Below, one piece after another: positions 50,191 through 61,624 of a DNA stretch of 61,624 nucleotides. How positions within the stretch are numbered: position 1 is the first letter of the stretch; each line of letters starts with the position of its first letter. The notes below the pieces were generated by a model that saw nothing but the letters and a program-made list of their open reading frames with translations, made no database searches and was not told the origin of the DNA. The stretch comes from Octopus bimaculoides (taxonomy: Eukaryota). Position numbers and translations under genes: made by a program. The stretch lies in contig NC_068987.1 of assembly GCF_001194135.2 (NCBI RefSeq), forward strand, positions 62,993,085 through 63,054,708. The letters are read 5' to 3'.

Positions 50191-51166
50191 CTAACACTAA
50201 ATTTTTTTAACCAGGAGACGTGTCAGATATTAGTATACACAAACAAATGCAACAGCACTGACATCCGAAAGTGCGCGCATGTATAAGAAATACATTACAC
50301 TCAGTACAAAGCAAAACTTACAAGCAATGCCCATTCATTCACGCAGCGTATCCACCCACCTCAAGCTGTTCCCAAGCAATAAACTATTTTCTGTTGGTGA
50401 CATTCCCACTAGAACAGGACATATGAGTACATATATCGATATATACAATGATTGTGGTGAATAATCTAGTATAATGTTTTCATAAAGTGGCTTTATTTTT
50501 AGTCTTTTATTTTAACAACTCCTCCACAACTAAAATATATTTTGATCCTTGAAAACTTCAGTTTCCAACATTGTGGGATATGTTTAAAAGCGTACAGATG
50601 GAAGGTGAGGCAAGGAGAAATAATTCCAAAATCACAAGAGATCGAATCTATCAAAGGTCAGTTATTCGAAGGATTGCTTTTTAAAATTACAAAAGAAAAA
50701 TATATAGAATAAAATGCACATTCTAACACCTGACGGCCTGTTAGAAGAATATAAAACAACAGATAATGCTATCCTCTGTTCTTACCAAAATTAATAAATA
50801 ACATACCGAAAGAATGCCTAACAAATAATAACTAATACATACAGACAGATTTAATTCCTGAGGGATGACAAAAAAAGGAGACGCTTTTGCATATAAACTG
50901 TAAAACAGAAACAGTAAAGCAATCTGCTTTAAAAGGATTTTCCAACCCAAAAATAACGATGGCGATGATAACAAAGTGTTTGACTATGTAAACGACATAG
51001 GCCAATGGAAAGAGGTTGTGTCTTTTTTGAAATAAGAGTGAGAAAAAAAATACGAGATATGTCAAGAGGGCGGGCAAAGTGCTACGATCAGGCAGTCACT
51101 GTACATTTCGTATAATGTTCTTTCTTGAAACTAGCAATAACAAACTGTCAGTGTGTTATTGCTTAC

Positions 51167-51202
51167 CAAATTACTTTTTAAACAGTAACTAATATTGACC
51201 AT
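51167..51202 (-). CDS. Candidate first coding segment of an upstream small ORF (MVNISYCLKSNL)
   Basis: AAAATGG start about 40 nt after the TATA box; 12 codons ending in phase 0 at TTG|gtaagc. Confidence 0.3.
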
Positions 51203-51240
51203 TTTATCTATATTAAATTTAATGTCCCCCACCACTTTCT

Positions 51241-51296
51241 CTTTTATATGTATCTACCTCCTGTTCGCCAATATATCACATCCCTTCTTACGTGGC
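51241..51296 (-). promoter_or_regulatory. Candidate TATA-box promoter for the SAP30 locus
   Basis: TATAAAAG on minus strand at 51248-51241, CCAAT at 51268-51272, TACGTGGC at 51289-51296, E-box CACGTG at 51457-51462. Sits at the edge of a CpG-retaining region; GTAAGC donor at 51166. Confidence 0.45.
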
Positions 51297-51506
51297 GTGT
51301 GCCCTTTTTCTTTATCTCTTTTCCATCTACTGGGTTTGTATTTGTAGACGAAAAAGTGACAAAGAAAATATAACATTAAAGTACAAGAATATCGAAAACA
51401 CAAGTCTTTCTTCAACCCATTTCGGACATACAACCGAAAATGTGAGCGCGCCCATGCACGTGATACTATTTGTTCGTGTGCATGTATGTATGCATGTACG
51501 TATGTG

Positions 51507-51551
<45 letters not shown>

Positions 51552-51989
51552 NNNNNNNNNNNNNNNNNNNNNNNNNNNNNNNNNNNNNNNNNNNNNNNNN
51601 NNNNNNNNNNNNNNNNNNNNNNNNNNNNNNNNNNNNNNNNNNNNNNNNNNNNNNNNNNNNNNNNNNNNNNNNNNNNNNNNNNNNNNNNNNNNNNNNNNNN
51701 NNNNNNNNNNNNNNNNNNNNNNNNNNNNNNNNNNNNNNNNNNNNNNNNNNNNNNNNNNNNNNNNNNNNNNNNNNNNNNNNNNNNNNNNNNNNNNNNNNTA
51801 TATATATATCCATCCGTATTAAAATAGAAATCTTGGTAAATATTTTGATCAAGAAAAGCTTTTACACAAGGCAACATCTGTACAAGGAATTCCTGAAGAG
51901 TTCAAGACACACTTTCGAAAGGACCGAATTGCAACAACTATCCATGTTTGCAACTCTCATGTCCACTGCGTTAAGCAATCAATGCACAC

Positions 51990-52150
51990 ATTAAAATGCT
52001 TAGCGGCATTTCTTCCGGCTTTTCATTTTAAGTTCAAATTCCGCCGGAGTCTAATTTCGTGATTGATAAATAAGTACAAGTCGAGCACTGGAACTCGATG
52101 TAACCGACTAACCCTTTTCGCTAATATGTCAAGCCTTGTGCCTATAATAG
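51990..52150 (+). mobile_element. Family B SINE copy (plus orientation)
   Basis: gcttagcggcatttcttccg...aagttcaaattccgcc...ccttgtgcct. Confidence 0.8.
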
Positions 52151-53031
52151 AAGCAATTATTATTACTATTACCACAATCGTCAGTACACCGTAACTACTT
52201 TTCAACATTGTTATGATGCTCCAAAAAACACTGGTTATAGTTTTTTATGTTTTAATTCATGCTTTTAACTTAGTAGAAACTATTATCTGATACCAAACTA
52301 CTAGTATCACTAAACATTTGCTCTCGCGCCATCAGCCAAATTTCATGCCCACCTCAGTCAGTGCAACATGCCCGCTACTCGTCCTGTGGAAAAACCCACC
52401 GATATTGTAATTTACCGGATTTTGCAACCATAACGTACATATATCATTATTATTATACTGTCAAGCAAAACCCGTCAGCAGTATTAAATTATAGTTATTT
52501 GCAGCAGATAATTGAACAACGAACTAACTGGCATGGTATTTTGAAAGCGTAATAAACGATTTCTTAGACTGACGACACCAAGGTTTCAGTATTTTATGCA
52601 AGAGGAAGGGAATGGAGATTGTGTTAGGTTTATGCTTTCCTTGAGGACATTAGCGACACAAGTGAATCGGCATTTCTCATTGTTTTTCCGAAGCGTGAGT
52701 GAAGGGAGCAGAATTTGCTTGCAAAGGCTTCCAGATTTATTTTTGAAAAGAGAAAAAAGAAAAAAAAAGGAAATGCGTGACATTTCTGCCTTTCTCGAAG
52801 ACATTTCCGTCATGTTACAAGGCAAGGTGTGTGATATCAGCGATAACCGGGAAATGAAAACCCGTGTTGGGGAAGGACTATATAGTACATAGCAGTCTAT
52901 ACTCGCACTTAACAATGAAACTATAATCATGAACATTAAATAACGATCAAGAAGCATGAGTAAAAGGCTGGACATTCTGAAATTGATTGGGTCTTACACA
53001 CCAGTTCAGAGTGGACATGAAAGACCCGGGG

Positions 53032-53073
<42 letters not shown>

Positions 53074-56000
53074 CGAAGATGAAACCCGAGTTGCTAAAAG
53101 GAATGATGTAAAGAAGCCAATGGAAAATATTAATGGGCGTTTTCATATAACAGACGCTAAGAGAAGGGAATGAATGAATAAAGGGGCAAAGAGACGGTGA
53201 GGTAAGGACCGCAATGTACTGAATGGAGTAATAGACTGAAGAAAAAGCAGTGAGAAAGGGAGAAATAGGACCAGGTACGGACGGACATTTCGAAGAGAAA
53301 GATGGATTAGATTAGCTTGTTTCTAACCATAGAAAATACTGGATAGACAGACAGTTGAAGAAAACAAACACACATATGGACGAATGTTCAAGCAGACAAC
53401 GGATAGATAACAGCGGTAGAAATAGAGAGATGGAAGTAACGAGAAAACGGACGAATGAAGATAAAAGTGTTATATAGAATTAGGTGGATAGATGACGAAT
53501 ACAATAAAGGACAGATGTCTGCAATGGGAAAAACGAATATAATAAACTAATTTCGAAATAAGTGGATAGATCGATGGCTGCAGTGAGAAAGGTGGACGAA
53601 TGCAATAAACTAATAAATAGATGGATGTAGAAACAAAAACGACGAATATATTAAATAACAGATGGCTGTGGTGGAAAAAAAAAACGGAGGAATGTGAAAA
53701 ACTAATACAGAAATAATTAGATGGGTGTAGTATGAAAAATAAACGAATGTAATATATATTGATATAAAAAATAACTGGATTACATACATTAAAATTTAGC
53801 AAACAAAACAGACGTGGGCCACCGGTTTTAGAGAAAAATAAACACAATATTAGAAAGGACATGGCTCGGTTTGATAATATTTCTTTATTTTTAAGGAGGG
53901 GGGGGGGAATAAATTTCATCGGTGAATTTAATGCCAAACTTAATAACAAACATGAGTAAGATGAATGATTGTTTACATCCTTAATGCCTTCGTCTTCGTT
54001 TCTTTCATGACTACCTTCAAAGTGTGGGTGTAGATTGCGATAATTATTCTGTAATCAGTTTTAGCCAGAGGCTGTGGCCATACAGGGGCACTGCCATTAA
54101 AAATTGAGGTTCCAATGTAATGAACCGAACCTGAGCCACCTGGGTGAAAACCATATGTTGACAAAGAAAAAAAAAAACTCAGTCGAATGGAGGAGTTTCG
54201 TTACAGATCGTCCGGACTTCGTTACCACAAATTTCTAAAAACTTCAGCATTTTCACTTTTTTTTCTTCCTCCTTAGATTTAGGTTGGCAACATCAAACTG
54301 AAATAATCTGCACACTCGAAAACCAATTTCTTATTAAAGAAAGATGCATTTTAAAAAAGAGAATCATGAGAAAGAAGAAAGTAAGGACAATGTTCAGAAA
54401 CTACTTTAAAAAATGTTATTGTTGTTTTAAATACTATCAACCTAATCGTTATCTACACTCCCAAAAATGTATCTGCAAAATTTCATTAAAGATATGTATT
54501 CTAAGAAAGTTATACGGAACCAGACATAGGCACCAATCTGTAGTTAGCCCTAAGTATGTATGTACATCTATGAATATACACACACACTTTTATAGATTAA
54601 GTCAAGGGATTAATGAGTTTCGTTGATTGCACTAACTCTAGTACTTATTTTATCATTCTCTATTTATCGAATGGCTAACTTACACACACACACACTGGTG
54701 TTCATCGTACATCGAACTTCACTATGTGTAGAGTGTGAGGCAGAAAATGTTGGTTTTAGTAATCAGAGTTGATCAAACTCATGAGATCACAGCTAATGTT
54801 ATTGATTTCTGGCATGTCACATGGCTTTCTATTCACAGGAGAGGTTTGCAAATAGAAACGAGACTCTATGTGGTTCATCATGCCTTTCACAACAGTATAT
54901 CTAACCACAGTGTAAAAATGAAAACAAAATGAAGATACGCTCGATAAACCACATAGCCACACTCTAACTAACTAGCTGGCGGTTCAAATCAATTTACGTT
55001 AGAGAAAAAGAAAATGAAAGAGGGGTGACTTCTATGCCTTATACCTCTAAGCTACATTAAAAATAACTAACGTAGAAGACATAAGCAAGCATTAAACACT
55101 TAACTAAAGGAGGTAAAGTTGATGAAACAGATAGTAGTCGGTATGATGGATTACGGACAAGTCTTAACAATAGAATCTGGTTGTTTCATATGAAGGGATC
55201 ATTGAGCCGATCGTCTTTCCCTTACATTCATCAATCCAGGATCGGTAGAAATAAGAACCACGTATGTATTGGATCGATTTAATAACCCATCATACGCCTT
55301 GTGCTAGTTTAAAATTGAAATGACTGACACCTTTCGCGTGTTAACTAATCATATCCTGGCATTAAAAAGAAGAAAACGACCGTTTCTAGTTTTACGAAGG
55401 AAGGCTTAACTGCAGCAGTTCGTGAGAGAGGGTTTAGCAGGAAATTGGACAGACGTTATTGCCAGAACAAGCTAACCTGAAGATCCAATCTTAGGAGAGA
55501 TGTAATAAAAAAAAAACCGCTTCCTGTATGCAAACTTGTGTCGATGTAAGAAACGATCATTTCAATATCCTATTATAAACTGTCAGAATAAAAACCATGT
55601 GCAGTCACAACGATCGAGTGAACAATTCCAATTTTCACTAGTTTATTTATCTATTTGTCTTTACACCTTGTGCTGTATTGAACTCCTGGTGTGGGTTTTA
55701 GAGCCAGGTTTTGACTGCTATTTCAAGCATGGTGGTATCTCTTAGATACCCTTATTTATAATTTTAATAATAATTATAACCTATAAGGTTTTTCTTCCCA
55801 TGCTGCCACTCCATTTGATCGTTATTTAAAATAACGATTTATATCCTTAATTATATANNNNNNNNNNNNNNNNNNNNNNNNNNNNNNNNNNNNNNNNNNN
55901 NNNNNNNNNNNNNNNNNNNNNNNNNNNNNNNNNNNNNNNNNNNNNNNNNNNNNNNNNNNNNNNNNNNNNNNNNNNNNNNNNNNNNNNNNNNNNNNNNNNN

Positions 56001-56824
56001 NNNNNNNNNNNNNNNNNNNNNNNNNNNNNNNNNNNNNNNNNNNNNNNNNNNNNNNNNNNNNNNNNNNNNNNNNNNNNNNNNNNNNNNNNNNNNNNNNNNN
56101 NNNNNNNNNNNNNNNNNNCGAAAATAAGTTCTATATATAATAAATATATCATCACTTGTACGTGTTACATATCCGAAAGTCCGCTATATTCGACAAATTA
56201 GCAATTTTTTTTTTTTTAATTAAAAAAAAATACATTTAGAAAGAAACAAGTTGTAATTCATAAGGATACATAATTGAAAATAGGGAAAATGCGTTTTTTT
56301 CCCCCTCGTAAAAAAAATACCTTGAAAAATTGCAGCATATCCTTACATATTAGGGATCAAGAACAGTGATTAGTATACAGAGAGAGGAAGGTATTCTTGA
56401 GAATGAAACAGCAGAATTAGGGAGGGGGGGGAGAACAAGACAAGAGGAGCATAAAATTGAGAGGAAGAAAAGCAAAAGAATCGGGAAGAAATAATGAGTA
56501 AAAAGAAGGCGCAGTATGTAAGGGTGTTTTGTTTCTGCGTAATGGAAATTTCTAACATGAAAAGCAAGGCGAAGGCAATTCGCTGACGAGATCGTATTAA
56601 GTTTGAATAACAAATAAATGAATTGCTGGATGGAAGAAATGAAATGATCCCTGTTAATTAATAATATTGAATGTTTCCATATAAGTATAAAGCATATGCA
56701 TTAATAAACTTCATTTTGACAGCGCGATACCGGTACATGCCCAAACACATAAACAGTTAAGTGTTGACATTTAACAGCAGATGGTATTAAAAGGCCATAT
56801 GTATATAAGGCATGGCCCAAATGA

Positions 56825-56949
56825 ATATGAGGCATGGCTCCAGTCGAATGACTGAAACAAATAAAGGAATAGAGTGTCTTCTACTATAGCCTCGGGCCGA
56901 CAAAGCCTTGTGAGTGGATTTGGGACACGGAAACTCAAAGAAGCCCGTC

Positions 56950-57013
<64 letters not shown>

Positions 57014-57200
57014 TTGTGCATGTTTGTCTCCCCACCATCGCTTGACAACCGATGTAGGTGTATTTACGCTCCCGTAACTTACCGCTTCTGCAAAAGAGAC
57101 CGATAGGATAAGTACTCGAGTAAGCCCTGCGGTCGACTTGTTCGACTAAAGGCGGTGCTCCAGCATGGCCGCAGTCAAATGACTGAAACAAATAAAATAA
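56825..57200 (+). mobile_element. SINE family A copy (CpG-retaining)
   Basis: Matches family A; preceded by a further tail fragment. Confidence 0.88.
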
Positions 57201-57238
57201 TAATAGAATATATAATATATATGTATAATATATGTATA

Positions 57239-57269
<31 letters not shown>

Positions 57270-57583
57270 AGGCACTACGTCAAACACGACGACGAGGGTT
57301 CCAGTTGATCCAATCCACGGAACAGCCTGCTAATGAAATTAACGTGCAAGTGGCTGAGCACTCCAAAGACACGTGTATCTTTAACGTAGTTCTCGGAGAG
57401 ATTCAGCACGACACAGAGTGACAAGACTGGCCTTTTAAAATAGAAGTACAACAGAACCAGGGAGAAAGAGTGAAAGAAGGTTGCAGTGAATGAGTAGAGC
57501 AGGGTTCGCCACCAGCCCCTACCGGAGCCTCATGGAGCTTTAAGTGTTTTCGCCAAATAAACACTCACAATGCCTGGTCTGGT

Positions 57584-59830
57584 CTGAACTTCCACAAACC
57601 AGACTGGAAATTGATTGAAAAAGATCCTCACACAGGACTGGCCAAAATGTCTCTCCACACCAGACATTGGCATGAAACTAGAATATTTCATGTCTGTTGT
57701 GCAAACTATATGCCAGAAATATGTCTCAGAGTACAAGGTCAAAACAAATAGAAACAAAATTCCAAGGGAAAGGAAGATCCTCATGAGACGACGGATGAAG
57801 GTTGCAAATCACCTCAACCAACATCCCAAAAGTAGCGAAAGGTCCTGCCTAAAAACAACACTGATGGAGATTGAAAAAAGCCTGCAACAATCCTATGCGA
57901 GGGAGAGAGCAGACAGAGAAGCCCGGGTTATAAAAAACATTAAGTCAAACCCAAAGGCCTTCTTTCATTATGCAAAAGAAACAGCCTCAGTACACTGCAA
58001 GATAGGACCCCTCTTCCAAAAGGAAGGCTCCCTCACAGATAGTCCAACCAGGATCAGTGGCGTACTGAATGACCAGTTAAAAAGTGTCTTTACCACCCTG
58101 TTGGAACACAGACAAATGAACGAACCAGTGGAGTTCTTTGCCGCCTCACCGAAAACCAGCGAGGCAGTTACAACGGAATACATCGACATTCGCGAAGAAG
58201 ATATACTACTAGCCATAGATGAGGTGGACGTAAACTCAACTGCTGGTTTCAATTGATTCCCATCGATCCTCCTCAAAGCATGCCCTGGTAAAACCCCTTC
58301 AGATTCTCTACCAGAGCTTTTTTGCAAATAGCAGGCTGCCAAGCAAGCTGAAGGAAGGAATAATATGCCCAATCCATAAAGGAGGAAGCAGAGCAGATGC
58401 CAAAAACTATAGGCCTATCTCTCTGACTGCACATCAGCAAAGTCATGGAACGGATAGTCAGAGGGAAACTAATCACATTCCTTGAAGAAAATAACTTGCT
58501 GAGTGATACCCAGCAAGGCTTTCAACCAGGTAGGAGCTGCCTGACCCAGCCCTTACAACATTATGACTGGGTGTTGAGGCAGCTACTCAACAACTCACAT
58601 GTGGACATAATACACCTTGATTTTGCAAAAGCTTTTGATAAAGTGGATCATGGTATGATATGCCACAAACTGCATGATCTCAGCATAGCTAGAAAACTTG
58701 GAGAGTGGTTACATGACTTTCTGAAAGATAGAAAGTCAGGCAGTAGTGGTCAATGGAGCCACCTCGATGAAAACAAAAATAGCGAGTGGTGTTCCACAGG
58801 GCATTGCCTTGGGACCACTGCTTTTCATAGTGGCCCTCTCAGATATGCCCTCAACTGCCCGGATAGCCCAGTGACGAAATGAAAGTCTCACAAGAAATAC
58901 AGAGCCCCAGCAATGTTGCACATCTGCAGCGGGAGTTGGATTCAATTTACAGATGGGCTGAGAATAATAATATGCAGTTTAATGCTCAAAAATTCCAAGC
59001 CCTGTGCTACCAGCATCCAAACCTGAATATGAAACTTACAGGGTACACTGGTCCACAGGGAATTACAATCCCAGAGCCTAAATCAGTGAGGGGCCTGGGT
59101 ATCAACATGCGTGATGATACCTCTTTTCAAGTGCACATTACCAGGATGGCGACAAAGTGCAGACTGGTGGGATGGATCCTGAGATAAGGAAACCATGATG
59201 GTCCTCTGGAGGACATTCGTCCTCAGCTGTATGGATTACTGCTCCCAGCTATGGTCATCCAACAGTGTAAAATTAACAGCGGACCTTGAAGCAATCCAGC
59301 CAAGCTTCAGAAAGAAGATCATATCTTTGCAACAGATCAGCTACTGGGAAAGGCTGAAACAGCTAAGACTCTACTCCCTGGAGCGAAGGCGGGAGAGGTA
59401 TACAGTAATATACATCTGGAAGAACCTGGAAGGAATTGTGCCAAATTTAGGTATTGAAAGCCACACCAATGCCAGAACAGGTTGACAATCCACAAGGCCA
59501 AAGATCCCAGCAATGCCATCACGCTTCAGGACCAGTTATTGCAACAGCCTGAGGTTGAGGGGTCCACAGCCTTTTAATATTCTCCCAAAGAGCTTGAAGA
59601 ACCTACACAAAAGTAGACACAGGCATTTTCAAATCAAGGGTGGACCTCTTCCTGTTGAGAGTCCCAGATGCACCTATCTCACGGCAAGAGGACCAAATGA
59701 GGATAGCTACGTCAAACTCCATCCTTCACCAAGTGCCACATATTAGAGGAGGCTCTCAGTAACAAGTGTTAACCAAACGGCGGTGCTCTAGCATGGCCAC
59801 AGCTGAGCTGTAACGACAAAGTAAATAAAC
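57584..59830 (+). mobile_element. 5'-truncated, inactivated CR1-group LINE (ORF2: RT)
   Basis: LNFHKPDW, NIKSNPKAFFHY, NYRPISLT, QQGFQPGRSCLTQ, LDFAKAFDKVDH, SGVPQG, MDYCSQLW, LRLYSLERRRERY. Frameshifts are present and the YADD region is deleted. 3' end with GGCGGTGCTCTAGCATGGCCACAG. Confidence 0.95.
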
Positions 59831-59899
59831 AAATATATATAGTACACATATATAACATATACATATAATATATATATATATAATACATATATATATATA

Positions 59900-59937
<38 letters not shown>

Positions 59938-60622
59938 CATATATATATATATATATATATATATNNNNNNNNNNNNNNNNNNNNNNNNNNNNNNNNNNNN
60001 NNNNNNNNNNNNNNNNNNNNNNNNNNNNNNNNNNNNNNNNNNNNNNNNNNNNNNNNNNNNNNNNNNNNNNNNNNNNNNNNNNNNNNNNNNNNNNNNNNNN
60101 NNNNNNNNNNNNNNNNNNNNNNNNNNNNNNNNNNNNNNNNNNNNNNNNNNNNNNNNNNNNNNNNNNNNNNNNNNNNNNNNNNNNNNNNNNNNNNNNNNNN
60201 NNNNNNNNNNNNNNNNNNNNNNNNNNNNNNNNNNNNNNNNNNNNNNNNNNNNNNNNNNNNNNNNNNNNNNNNNNNNNNNNNNNNNNNNNNNNNNNNNNNN
60301 NNNNNNNNNNNNNNNNNNNNNNNNNNNNNNNNNNNNNNNNNNNNNNNNNNNNNNNNATATATATATATAATGCATAAATATATAATATATACATAATATA
60401 TGCAATATATAAATATATATTATATATAATTATATTATATAGATGGAAAATACACCTTTTGTGGCAGTTATAATAAAATTGCTTTCTTATATCAGAGTAA
60501 TAAGGCATTTCAATAAAACATCTTTACCCCCAGGAATTAACGGGTACACCAGCTAGTATATATATATGGTATATATATATAGCATATATAGTATATAGTA
60601 TATATATATATATATATATATA

Positions 60623-61520
60623 ATGGTCTGATTGGTGGCAGTTGAGTACAGGGTATTTGAAAGCTCTGATCCAGACTCCATATGATGTGCATCCGTCTCC
60701 AGCAAATCTTAAAAAATGGGGTATCCAAGGGAGTCCACAGTGTCACTTGTGTGAGAAGTATGACAGCCTCAAAAACATGCTGTCAGCTTGCCCAAAAGCA
60801 CTCCAGTCTGGATGGAAAACACTAAGACATAATTTAGTGCTAAATGTTGATCCTTCAGCTGCAACAGAAGGTCAAGTGCCTGAACTGAGCTTGCTCAAGA
60901 CAGCATTTGTGAAGCAAGGTGTGATGCCAAAGAGACAGAAACCTCGGCAGGGCAAAGACGGAATATGGGAGGTGCTCGTGGACAAGCCATTGCCTGATAG
61001 CATCATTGTGTCAGTACTCCGGCCCGACCTGGTTTTGGTAGATGAAGGTCAGAGACGTGTGGTCTTTGGACAGCTTACTGTACCATGGGAGGACAACATT
61101 GCTGAGGCCCATGAGCGGAAGCTGTTGGGCGGTGAAGAGCTGGTAGCTGAGATTCAGGAGAAGAGTTACATCTGTGAGCTGGTTGCGTTCAAGGTCAGCT
61201 GCAGTTGCATTCGAGGTTTCCCAGCAGCTTCTCTCAGACGGTTTCTAAAGGTGGCTGGTGTATCTGCTGTGAGGAAGACCATCAAGGAATGTGGGGAGAA
61301 AGCAGTTGATGGTAGTTCTTGGATTACCAGGAGGTTTATGTTGGTATTCCTCACAGCAGATACACCAGCCACCTTTAGAAATCTTCTGAGAGAACTGTCA
61401 TACATCCAGCAGTTGCAGGCCAACCATGTAGAGAGATGCAGAGCTTGATGGGCCAAAATCTTGTTGAAGCATGGCACTCAGCTGATGACTGCAGCCGGAT
61501 GAGAAATGGAGCACTCGGTG
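60623..61520 (+). mobile_element. 5'-truncated HERO-like non-LTR retrotransposon (CCHC knuckle + restriction-like endonuclease)
   Basis: ORF 60642-61448: YDVHPSPANLKKWG, CHLC..(x)..SAC, LRHN, LRPDLVL, QLTVPWEDNIAEAHERK (PD-(D/E)xK-type RLE). Flanked by (TA)n on both sides. Confidence 0.85.
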
Positions 61521-61568
61521 TTTACTTCTACTCTCTCTCTTTCTCTATATATATACATACACACATAT

Positions 61569-61624
<56 letters not shown>

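Noticed and set aside
52596-52892. 98-aa plus-strand ORF in CpG-rich intergenic DNA
   Set aside because: No recognisable domain or splice context, and it includes a poly-purine low-complexity run.
2123-60508. Long ORFs made of X runs, YIYI/CVCV, poly-His or poly-Ile
   Set aside because: They arise from N gaps and (TA)n, (TG)n, (CAC)n or (ATT)n microsatellites, with no protein homology.

Overview
AT-rich, microsatellite- and retroposon-dense eukaryotic DNA with many N gaps. The repeat families look like those of an octopod cephalopod (Octopus sp.); this is inferred, not database-confirmed. One protein-coding gene is clear: a minus-strand SAP30/SAP30L homolog (Sin3-HDAC subunit) with 4 phase-0 coding exons (36676-36497, 33082-32960, 29969-29871, 28218-28093), 175 aa, and an intact C-x8-C-x35-C-x2-H zinc finger. 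The rest is mostly tRNA-derived SINEs and dead transposable elements: CR1-type and RTE LINE pieces, a HERO-like RLE retrotransposon, Gypsy remnants, a non-autonomous LTR element with TSD, mariner, a Mutator-like remnant and hAT MITEs. The most interesting signals concern SAP30 RNA processing. (i) A 29-nt stop-containing micro-exon with consensus splice sites lies 65 nt after exon 2. (ii) A TATA promoter and candidate upstream exons may encode a separate small ORF that ends at or before the SAP30 start. (iii) A 128-bp near-perfect hairpin begins exactly on the 5' splice site of one of those upstream exons. Also notable are a triplicated tRNA-Trp primer-binding site with a 32-nt tRNA copy and a SINE/LINE shared 3' tail. 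All splice models and family assignments are hand-derived and need RNA-seq or database confirmation.
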